The notes under the pieces were generated by a model that saw only the letters and a program-made list of their open reading frames with translations, was not told the origin of the DNA and made no database searches. Below, one piece after another: positions 25,593-33,155 of a stretch of 45,145 bases of DNA (position 1 is the first letter of the stretch; every line of letters begins with the position of its first letter). This DNA is from Candidatus Woesearchaeota archaeon CG11_big_fil_rev_8_21_14_0_20_43_8 (GTDB lineage Archaea > Nanobdellota > Nanobdellia > Woesearchaeales > CG08-08-20-14): contig PCVE01000021.1 in assembly GCA_002762705.1 (NCBI GenBank), positions 1 through 45,145 on the forward strand. Direction: 5' to 3'. The translations under genes and the position numbers were made by a program.

Positions 25593-27428
25593 ATGGCAGG
25601 GGTTACAGAATCCATGTGGTATAGGGGTATCGAGAGGACATTGAAAGACAATAAATTCGCGATATTGTTCATAATATTATTCGCTGTGCTCTCTTATTCC
25701 AACATCATTGGAAATTCTTTTCTTTGGGACGATGTGAGCCTCATAGTCGAGAACGAGAATCTCAAGGATCCAGCCAAAAATATAAATTTCATACGCGATT
25801 TCTGGTGGCTAAATGAAGCGGACAAGGGCTCGCCGTATTTTCGGCCGATTATATCTATAGAATATATTGTCGATTACCGTATCTGGGGACTAGATCCGTT
25901 CGGATTCCATCTGACAAATATCATACTGTTATGTCTTGGCGCGGTCGCGGTGCTGTTCTTGACAGACGTCTTGTTCAAAGACAGGATGCTCTCTTTTCTT
26001 GCGGCAGCATTATTCGCTGTGCATCCAGTCCATACAGAGAATGTCACATGGATAGCAGGAAGGACAGACGTCACTATGGCGATGTTCTATCTCTGGGCGT
26101 TGTTCATGTATATCCGATGGAGAAAGACAGATGGGAAAGGATATCTCTTCGGCTCTCTTCTCATGTGGTTCTGCTCGATACTATCAAAAGAGGTCGCAGT
26201 CACATTTCCTGTCGCGATAATATTATATGACTGGTGTTTTGAAGAGAAGACGCTGTGGAATGCATTCAGGACGAGATGGAAAGTCTATTTGGGATTCGCG
26301 TCGGTAATCGTACTCTACCAGTTCATCCGTTTCTGGGCACTGGAGTATACAAATAATTTCATTTTCCTTGGAAGCGCATTCGCATATTTCGCCAAAGGAG
26401 AATTCTTCACACCGATAATGAAGATACTTTATTCGATCGGGAATTACATATTCCTTAACATCTATCCATCGACACTGAAAATACGCTGGGTGATCCCGGA
26501 GATAGATTCACTGTTCTCATGGGCTTCGCTTTTCGCTCTTGGTATCTGCATACCATTCTTCATCCTGATGTTGCATTCATGGAGAAAGTCAAAGAAGCAT
26601 TTCTTCCTGCTCGCTTTTTTCATGCTCAATATACTGCTTGTCGCGAATATCATCACAGTGCGTGATTCATTCGCAGAACGATTTGTCTATCTGGCATCAT
26701 TATCTTTCTGTATCCTGATACCCATGACGGTGCGTTGGCTTGTCAGGAACAAGAAGACCGCATTTGTGATCATCACAATAATCATCGTGCTTTTCGGCGC
26801 GCGGACATATGTGCGCAATTATGATTGGCATGACCAGACGACTCTTGTCACCAAGGAGCTTTCTGTGAACAGCGGATCGGCCGAAGCGAATTTCCTTTAT
26901 GGATCTCTCTATGCTAAAAACATGAATAATCTCAGCGTCGCAAAAGAATATTTCGAGAAAGCCATCGCGATCGATGATAAGCGGACAGATGCCCACCTGC
27001 AGCTAGGGCTGATATATCAAATGGAAGGAAATGTCACGGCAGCATTTGAGTCCTTTGAGAAGTGCAAGATATATGGTCCGCCTGAATTCATATGGAAAGG
27101 CGCTATGTCAGAAGGCTTGATGCTCATGGATTATGGATTTTTCAACGTGGCAAACAACAATTCGGAGATTGCCAGAAGAAATTTTGTCGGTGCAGTCGAA
27201 AATTTCAGGATGGTCCTTTCGCAAAAAGCATATATCCCGGATTTCCATCTTGACCTGGCATCAGCTTATCTTGCATTGAATGACTTCTCGAATGCAGGAT
27301 TTGAAATAGATTATGCGCTTCGGCTCGATCCGAACAACCAGCAAGCTCAGATCATGAAAAAAGATATGCAGGATTATCTTTATTCATTGCAAAATGCCGT
27401 TATAAAGAATCAGCAACCGCTGAATTGA
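25593..27428 (+). CDS. GT-C fold membrane glycosyltransferase (PMT_2/TMTC-like) with C-terminal TPR repeats
   Basis: About 10-11 TM segments, a first-loop NSFLWDD motif, and a C-terminal soluble domain with TPR-like repeats (AKEYFEKAIAIDDKRTDAHLQLGLIYQMEGN...). Confidence 0.7.
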   Translation: MAGVTESMWYRGIERTLKDNKFAILFIILFAVLSYSNIIGNSFLWDDVSLIVENENLKDPAKNINFIRDFWWLNEADKGSPYFRPIISIEYIVDYRIWGLDPFGFHLTNIILLCLGAVAVLFLTDVLFKDRMLSFLAAALFAVHPVHTENVTWIAGRTDVTMAMFYLWALFMYIRWRKTDGKGYLFGSLLMWFCSILSKEVAVTFPVAIILYDWCFEEKTLWNAFRTRWKVYLGFASVIVLYQFIRFWALEYTNNFIFLGSAFAYFAKGEFFTPIMKILYSIGNYIFLNIYPSTLKIRWVIPEIDSLFSWASLFALGICIPFFILMLHSWRKSKKHFFLLAFFMLNILLVANIITVRDSFAERFVYLASLSFCILIPMTVRWLVRNKKTAFVIITIIIVLFGARTYVRNYDWHDQTTLVTKELSVNSGSAEANFLYGSLYAKNMNNLSVAKEYFEKAIAIDDKRTDAHLQLGLIYQMEGNVTAAFESFEKCKIYGPPEFIWKGAMSEGLMLMDYGFFNVANNNSEIARRNFVGAVENFRMVLSQKAYIPDFHLDLASAYLALNDFSNAGFEIDYALRLDPNNQQAQIMKKDMQDYLYSLQNAVIKNQQPLN

Positions 27429-27444
27429 TTGAAAAGAAAAATAA

Positions 27445-27564
27445 TGGACTCGGCGGGACTTTCGTGCTAGCGCACTCGGTCTTTATCGACCTTGTCGCTA
27501 ACTATTCGAACCCGCGGCCTCCCCGTTGCGAACGGGACGCGATACCAGGCTTCGCCACAAGCCC
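27445..27564 (-). tRNA. tRNA-Ala(CGC) with a 46-nt intron in the T-loop (59/60)
   Basis: Minus strand: acceptor GGGCTTG/CGAGTCC with the G3:U70 Ala identity pair and discriminator A. D arm GCGA-AGCCTGGTA-TCGC. Anticodon arm TCCCG-TTCGCAA-CGGGG. T stem GCGGG/CCCGC is split by 27459-27504. BHB helix TTCG/CGAA, bulges AAT and AGT. Confidence 0.85.
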
Positions 27565-27698
27565 ATCCGAAACTATGTTTCTTTGATTAGTATTTGAATT
27601 TTTCTATATTTGCCAGGGCGCCAGTGGCTTCGCCACTCGTGCGCTCATGCAGCTTGCCCCGTACACCACTGCAAGCCTGATATATAAAGACACAGTAG

Positions 27699-27829
27699 CA
27701 TTTGTCAGTGATTGAACAATATCATAAAAATGCAGTAGGCGGTCGCTATAATCATTGCCGCATTTTTAGGATGCTCGGCGACAATTCATCTGCACCCTAA
27801 AGGTGCAGTTTTGGTGTCGCCGACATAAG
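27699..27829 (+). repeat. R2 palindromic module, copy 3
   Basis: ATCATAAAAATGC ... GGCGGTCGCTATAA ... GCATTTTTAGGATGCTC, then stem GGCGACA/TGTCGCC (enclosing TGCACC/GGTGCA) and GACAT. The left arm ends in CATTTGTCAG, the reverse complement of CTGACAAATG. Confidence 0.55.
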
Positions 27830-28043
27830 GTAACACCCATGTCCCGGCACTTTTGGGTGGGCGGGTGGTCTGGGAGGCATATTTTCGCTTGAATCAGGGG
27901 AAAAGTGCAGGATCAAAAAGAGTGAAAACCAGAAATCACTGGAAACTGATACAGTGCCGATATATAAACAATATTTAAATAGTATTATGCCATACCAAAA
28001 GGACTTGATGCCATTAGGTATCGATATGAATAGGTGAAATTAG

Positions 28044-29846
28044 ATGAAGACAAGAATGAGAACCCACACATGCGGAAATCTCAGACTGCAGAATGACAAA
28101 GAGAAGGTCAGTGTCTGTGGCTGGGTGCAGAGCAGAAGGGACCACGGTGGCATAATATTTATCGACCTAAGAGATCGTCATGGTCTGACACAGGTCGTCT
28201 TTGATCCATCTAATAATGATCAGGCACATAAAGAAGCAGAGCACATAGGACGAGAATGGGTATTGAAAGTAGATGGTACAGTCAGACCAAGAGGAGAAGG
28301 TCTTGTGAACCCGCGGCTGCCGACAGGAGAAGTCGAAGTTGTCGTAGACAAGCTGGAAGTGCTCAACAAGTCAGACACGCCACCGATGGAGATAGATGAT
28401 AACAAGGTCGCAAATGAGGATTTCAGGCTCAAATACAGATATCTTGACCTTAGAAGACCCATCATGCAGAAACATCTTGAGACAAGGCACAAAGTGGCGC
28501 AGGCCGCAAGAAGCTTCTTCAATGAACAAGGATTTCTTGAGATCGAGACTCCTTTGCTGATCCGTTCGACACCAGAAGGCGCAAGGGATTATATGGTTCC
28601 TTCCAGAGTGAACCCCGGCCAGATGTATTCGCTCCCGCAGTCTCCACAGCTCTACAAGCAGATTCTGATGGTATCTGGATGTGATCGATATTATCAGATT
28701 GCTAGATGCCTAAGAGATGAAGACCTCAGAACCGACAGACAACCAGAATTCACGCAGATAGATGTCGAGATGAGTTTTGTAGAAGAAGAAGATATCTATG
28801 AGATATTAGATGGCATGGTAGTGAATGTGTTCAAAGAAGCGATTGGAGTAAATATCACAATACCGATTCCAAGGATGACATTCCATGAATCTATGGAACG
28901 TTATGGCTGCGACAAACCGGACCTTAGATTCGGGCTTGAATTGGTGGATGTCTCAGAGATTGTCAAGAAAGGCGACTTTGGTGTATTCAAGACAGTGATT
29001 GAAAATGGCGGTATAGTGAAATGTATCAACCCAAATAAAAATTTCTCAAGAAAAGAACTAGATGAATATATCGTCCTTGCGACAAAAAGTGGTGCGAAAG
29101 GCATGGCGTGGATGAAGGTCGCAGATGGGAAGCTCGAGAGCAACATCGCGAAGTTCTTCAAAGAGGATCTCCAGAAAGAGATAATAAAGAAGACGGGTGC
29201 AAAGGACGACACTATACTTTTCTTTGTCGCAGACAGACCAAAAGTCTGCAATAATGTGCTCGCGAGACTAAGGAACAAACTAGGCGAAGACCTGAAACTA
29301 TATGATCCATCAGAGTTCCGCTTTGTGTGGATAGTCGATTTCCCATTATTCGAATATGACGATGATATCGAAGCATGGATGCCTGCGCACCATATGTTCA
29401 CAATGCCAAAGAAGGAATGCTTGAAATTCCTCGACAAAGAGCCAGGCAAAGTCGTCGCCCATTGCTATGATCTTGTATTGAACGGCGTCGAGCTCGGCTC
29501 AGGTTCTATCAGAGTGCATAGAAAAGACATCCAGGAAAAAGTCATGAAATCCATGGGTATCACTGAGGCTGAGGCACTGCAGAAATTCGGTTTCCTGCTC
29601 GAAGCATTCCGTTACGGGGCTCCGCCACACGGTGGTTTCGCGTTCGGTGTCGACAGATTGGTCGCGCTGATGTGCGGGTTCAATGACATAAGAGAAGTCA
29701 TGGCGTTCCCAAAGAACAAGAACGCACAATGTCCGATGGATGGCTGCCCAAGCCAGATAGATGACAAAGCATTGAAAGATGTCCATCTTAAATGGGATAT
29801 AGTCAAACCGGAGAAGAAAGGCAATCTCGATAATCGGATGGAGTAG
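28044..29846 (+). CDS. aspS: aspartyl-tRNA synthetase, bacterial type (with GAD insertion domain)
   Basis: 600 aa. OB-fold N-terminus (GGIIFIDLRDRHGLTQVVF), motif 2 (YYQIARCLRDEDLRTDRQPEFTQID), a roughly 120-aa insertion between motifs 2 and 3, and motif 3 (GGFAFGVDRLVALM). Confidence 0.95.
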   Translation: MKTRMRTHTCGNLRLQNDKEKVSVCGWVQSRRDHGGIIFIDLRDRHGLTQVVFDPSNNDQAHKEAEHIGREWVLKVDGTVRPRGEGLVNPRLPTGEVEVVVDKLEVLNKSDTPPMEIDDNKVANEDFRLKYRYLDLRRPIMQKHLETRHKVAQAARSFFNEQGFLEIETPLLIRSTPEGARDYMVPSRVNPGQMYSLPQSPQLYKQILMVSGCDRYYQIARCLRDEDLRTDRQPEFTQIDVEMSFVEEEDIYEILDGMVVNVFKEAIGVNITIPIPRMTFHESMERYGCDKPDLRFGLELVDVSEIVKKGDFGVFKTVIENGGIVKCINPNKNFSRKELDEYIVLATKSGAKGMAWMKVADGKLESNIAKFFKEDLQKEIIKKTGAKDDTILFFVADRPKVCNNVLARLRNKLGEDLKLYDPSEFRFVWIVDFPLFEYDDDIEAWMPAHHMFTMPKKECLKFLDKEPGKVVAHCYDLVLNGVELGSGSIRVHRKDIQEKVMKSMGITEAEALQKFGFLLEAFRYGAPPHGGFAFGVDRLVALMCGFNDIREVMAFPKNKNAQCPMDGCPSQIDDKALKDVHLKWDIVKPEKKGNLDNRME

Positions 29847-29887
29847 TTTTTTCTTTTTTTCAGATAATTTATGCGAGGGATACTGCA

Positions 29888-30523
29888 ATGGCAAATAATG
29901 AAATAGTCGCCGGATGCATGGTACATCAGATCAAATCACTTCCAAAAGAGTTCATGGACTGGCAGATCGATGCCAGAAAAAAAGGCGTGCAGCAGTTGAA
30001 GGACAAACAAGGCATGCCAAATTTCAGTGTCCATACACCTGTTCTTGCCACGACGAACTCTTTTTCTACGAGACATTACAATGATGCTTTTGATATCAAT
30101 CTCGCATACAAAGGCGTTGGTCTTATGGTAAAAGAAACATATCTTGATGATTTCATAGACAGAATCGATGATGTCAACTCTCGAAATAAAAACGAGGACG
30201 AACGATTGGATCTTCTTTTGGATTTATATTCGGATGCATCGCGGATTGACGATACATGTCTTACATCGCTTGAGATATATGGTACACAGACATATGATAA
30301 TCTCAAGATGAACGCCAAATGCGGATTATGTTTCAATGCAAGGAAAAGCTACCAGGTCGATTGTGTAGCAGAGATGCTGGCACCAGGCACGAAGTTTTAC
30401 AGATTCGTCAATGGTCTGCATACACTGTTCCATGATCACATCAAACCCACATGCGCATATAGATTCAATGTGATAGGACTTATGGATAAATCGCCAGGGA
30501 TAAAAGATAGAAAGATACTTTAA
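29888..30523 (+). CDS. hypothetical protein (211 aa)
   Basis: Intact ORF closely following aspS. No recognisable motif. Confidence 0.5.
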   Translation: MANNEIVAGCMVHQIKSLPKEFMDWQIDARKKGVQQLKDKQGMPNFSVHTPVLATTNSFSTRHYNDAFDINLAYKGVGLMVKETYLDDFIDRIDDVNSRNKNEDERLDLLLDLYSDASRIDDTCLTSLEIYGTQTYDNLKMNAKCGLCFNARKSYQVDCVAEMLAPGTKFYRFVNGLHTLFHDHIKPTCAYRFNVIGLMDKSPGIKDRKIL

Positions 30524-30557
30524 TACGACGCAACAGATGAATGAAAGGTGATAAAAC

Positions 30558-30836
30558 ATGGCAGAAGTGAGGGCATCACACATCCTTGTTCCGACAGAAG
30601 AACAGGCAAAAGAGCTAAAAGAACAGATAGACAACGGCGGAGATTTCGGAGTGCTTGCAAAAGCCCATTCAAAATGTCCATCCGGAAACAAAGGCGGCGA
30701 CCTTGGCTGGTTCAGGCGTGGCATGATGGTCAAAGAATTCGACACTGCCTGTTTCTCCATGAAAGAAGGCGAAGTCTCTGGTCCGATAAAGACCCAATTC
30801 GGTTGGCATATCATAAAACTCACCGGGAAAAGATAA
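30558..30836 (+). CDS. parvulin-type peptidyl-prolyl cis-trans isomerase (single domain)
   Basis: 92 aa. ASHILV...[29 protein letters not shown]...TQFGWHIIK is the PpiC/Par10 signature. Confidence 0.85.
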   Translation: MAEVRASHILVPTEEQAKELKEQIDNGGDFGVLAKAHSKCPSGNKGGDLGWFRRGMMVKEFDTACFSMKEGEVSGPIKTQFGWHIIKLTGKR

Positions 30837-30968
30837 CAAAAATTTGTTCAGTAGATGTATAAATGAATCCTATCCACGACCTTAAGATTCGCATTATAGT
30901 CTGAACAAATTTTTGAATTGCGAACTCTCCATAAAGGGCACGATATTAAACCGACAAGTTCACAATAA
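30836..30968 (+). repeat. R1 repeat, copy B (minimal 133-bp unit)
   Basis: It fills the whole gap between two convergent stop codons. A perfect 15-bp inverted repeat CAAAAATTTGTTCAG (30837-30851) / CTGAACAAATTTTTG (30901-30915) forms a long hairpin. The 3' terminus is ATTAAACCGACAAGTTCACAATAA. Confidence 0.6.
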
Positions 30969-31694
30969 TTATCCAAAGGTGACTGTTGTTTTGCTTTTCT
31001 TTGGAAAAACAAGCACTTCATTTTTTCCCATATGCGCGCATTTGACTGATGTATCCGCTTTGATCTCAAACCCATTTCCTTGCACATCCAGACAAAAAGC
31101 AGTATCTTCTCCACTGTCTGAGGTATTACCAAATCTTCTGAATCTAATCTTTTCAACGACAGTCTTTCTAACAAGGCAACAACCTAGCCCACACACAGAG
31201 ATATCAAAGATATCATCGTTCATCGCTTCAGTCATAGTCACAGTCCTGACACGCCCACCATCATGATGCCTATATAAGATAGGAATCAGATGCAATTTTC
31301 CATCGATGACCACACGCCCAAGATAGACACCACTTGCTACATCAGTATCGAGGGCGAGCAATCGCTCGATGACATCGCAAGGTGCGATGATATCAGTATC
31401 TAAAAAGAGAAGATGGCTATAATCTCCTTTCAAGAAATGATCCCGCACTCTATTCCTGCTGCTGATTATCCTTGATATCCTTGTGTCTGAAATCGCATCT
31501 TTAAGCACCGTGATCTTCTTGCCTGCCATCTTGATATCTTTGAGTCTTTTAAGATACATATCATCATCCGAATTATCGACAAAAACAACTTCTACAGAAT
31601 CATAAGATATCGCATCAAGCCCAGCAAGAAATCTATCAAGACAATACTCTTGTCCAGAATACGTCGGACAACCGACAAGCACCTTCTTTGACAT
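30969..31694 (-). CDS. family 2 (GT-A) glycosyltransferase
   Basis: MSKKVLVGCPTYSGQEY...VEVVFVDNSDDD...LFLDTDIIAP (DxD). An alternative upstream ATG is at 31718. Confidence 0.75.
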   Translation of the reverse strand: MSKKVLVGCPTYSGQEYCLDRFLAGLDAISYDSVEVVFVDNSDDDMYLKRLKDIKMAGKKITVLKDAISDTRISRIISSRNRVRDHFLKGDYSHLLFLDTDIIAPCDVIERLLALDTDVASGVYLGRVVIDGKLHLIPILYRHHDGGRVRTVTMTEAMNDDIFDISVCGLGCCLVRKTVVEKIRFRRFGNTSDSGEDTAFCLDVQGNGFEIKADTSVKCAHMGKNEVLVFPKKSKTTVTFG

Positions 31695-31775
31695 AGAATA
31701 AATAACAAAGCAAGCCATCTTATATTTTTTACTTAAACGACACTTTTATAACCCCTAGATGCCTTCCAAAGAATT

Positions 31776-31834
31776 GTGCTATGATGATGTGAACACCCGC
31801 TGATCAATGATGAACGGATGTAACTGCTGAGCAC
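31776..31834 (+). ncRNA. C/D-box sRNA (2'-O-methylation guide)
   Basis: GTGC-t-ATGATGA(C)-TGTGAACACCCG-CTGA(D')-TCA-ATGATGA(C')-ACGGATGTAACTG-CTGA(D)-GCAC. Boxes are canonical, guides are 12 and 13 nt, there is a 4-bp terminal stem, and the length is about 59 nt. Confidence 0.75.
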
Positions 31835-31838
31835 CCTT

Positions 31839-33017
31839 TTATCCAAACATATTCATATAATCTTTGCCTTCTTCTTCTTCTTTTCGTCTGACTTTATCAA
31901 TGGCATCAATGAAATCTTTCTCGACGACTTTATGACGATTATCACGGATCGCAAAATATCCTGCCTCAGTCACGACGGCTTTTATCTCAGCGCCAGACAT
32001 GCCTTCCATTTTTTTATGAATATTTGGAAGCTTTGTTTTTTTATCTATAGTCATCCTAGAAGAATGTATCTTGAAGATTTCTTTTATACCGGCGGCATCA
32101 GGAAGACCTACTTCAATCAGCCTATCAAGCCTGCCTGGCCTTGTGACTGCTGGGTCAAGGATATCTATCCGATTCGTGCAACCGATGATCTTCACATTTC
32201 CAAGCGCCTTGAATCCATCGATCTCTGCCAGAAGCTGCATGAAAGTACGCTGTACTTCGCGCTCACCGCTGGTACCCACATCTATCCTCTTCGCCGCAAG
32301 AGCGTCCACTTCATCTATGAATATTATCGATGGCGCCTTTGCTTTGGCCATCTTGAAGATCTCATTGACCAGTTTCGCTCCTTCGCCGATGAATTTCTGG
32401 ACTAATTCTGAACCGACAACTTCGATGAATGTCGAATTTGTAGATGCAGCGACGGCTTTAGCAAGTATCGTCTTGCCAGTGCCAGGCAGACCATAAAGCA
32501 ATATGCCTTTTGGTGGATGTATCCCCACTTTCTCGAACAATTCTGGTTTCTTCAGTGGAAGTTCGATAACTTCTTTGATCTCGTTGATCTCTTCTTCAAG
32601 ACCGCCGACTTCCTTCCATGATAATTTAGGTTTCTCGACAATGACAAAACGTTCGACATTGAACATCTTGGTTGTCGGAATCTGCTTTAGGACAGTGAGA
32701 TTTTTTTGTTCCACGAGCACAGAATCTCCTGGTTTGCCATCAAATGTGGCTGATATCTCGACAAAAAACTCATTTCCATTCGGGACCTTGATAACAGCAT
32801 TTTTCCCGATTATCTCTTTTAGTTCACAGACCATCAATGGCGGCCTTCTGAATTTATCAAGTTCGTTCTTCATCTGCGCAAGAGTTTCCCTAAGTATCTT
32901 GTTCTCTTCTTCGAGATGGAAATAATTAGTGCTATAATTGAAAACCGCGTTATCTAGCTTGCTTTTTTGTGCTGTGCTGTTTGAATCAGTCATGAGGACA
33001 CCTTTTATTATGGACAT
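31839..33017 (-). CDS. pan: proteasome-activating nucleotidase (PAN, AAA+ ATPase)
   Basis: N-terminal coiled coil, OB region, Walker A GLPGTGKT, Walker B IIFIDEVD, and second region of homology. An alternative start is at 32993. Confidence 0.9.
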   Translation of the reverse strand: MSIIKGVLMTDSNSTAQKSKLDNAVFNYSTNYFHLEEENKILRETLAQMKNELDKFRRPPLMVCELKEIIGKNAVIKVPNGNEFFVEISATFDGKPGDSVLVEQKNLTVLKQIPTTKMFNVERFVIVEKPKLSWKEVGGLEEEINEIKEVIELPLKKPELFEKVGIHPPKGILLYGLPGTGKTILAKAVAASTNSTFIEVVGSELVQKFIGEGAKLVNEIFKMAKAKAPSIIFIDEVDALAAKRIDVGTSGEREVQRTFMQLLAEIDGFKALGNVKIIGCTNRIDILDPAVTRPGRLDRLIEVGLPDAAGIKEIFKIHSSRMTIDKKTKLPNIHKKMEGMSGAEIKAVVTEAGYFAIRDNRHKVVEKDFIDAIDKVRRKEEEEGKDYMNMFG

Positions 33018-33155
33018 TGGAGTCAGAGATATTATATAAAACCTTCTTTTAAACGCAAGAAATCCGGATTATCTCATCAGATTGCTGCAATCGTAAAATA
33101 ATTTTTAAACGTTTGGATTTGATACAAAAACCCGATATAACAAAAATGTATTTGT

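Noticed and set aside
27855-27960. T-box riboswitch upstream of aspS (GGGTGGT resembles the T-box core; AGAGTGAAAA resembles an AG/GA box)
   Set aside because: The element order is wrong: the AG-box-like sequence lies downstream of the T-box-like sequence. There is no specifier loop with a GAC/GAU codon in a Stem I context and no terminator/antiterminator pair of the expected form. T-boxes are not established in archaea. It is kept only as a generic structured-leader candidate.
27830-27960. RNase P RNA or SRP RNA (GGGGAAAAGTGCAGG versus CR-I GAGGAAAGUCC; ACAGTGCCG versus CR-V)
   Set aside because: The candidate CR-I and CR-V strands cannot form P4 with each other. The segment is far too short (about 130-190 nt). 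No GGAA/GNAR helix-8 motif of SRP RNA is present.
33073-33080. CUGAUGAG (minus strand), the hammerhead ribozyme core or C-box-like motif
   Set aside because: No downstream CGAAA/GAAAC core, no stem II/III arrangement and no properly spaced D box. It is probably a chance match within an R2-like arm (GAAATCCGGATT).
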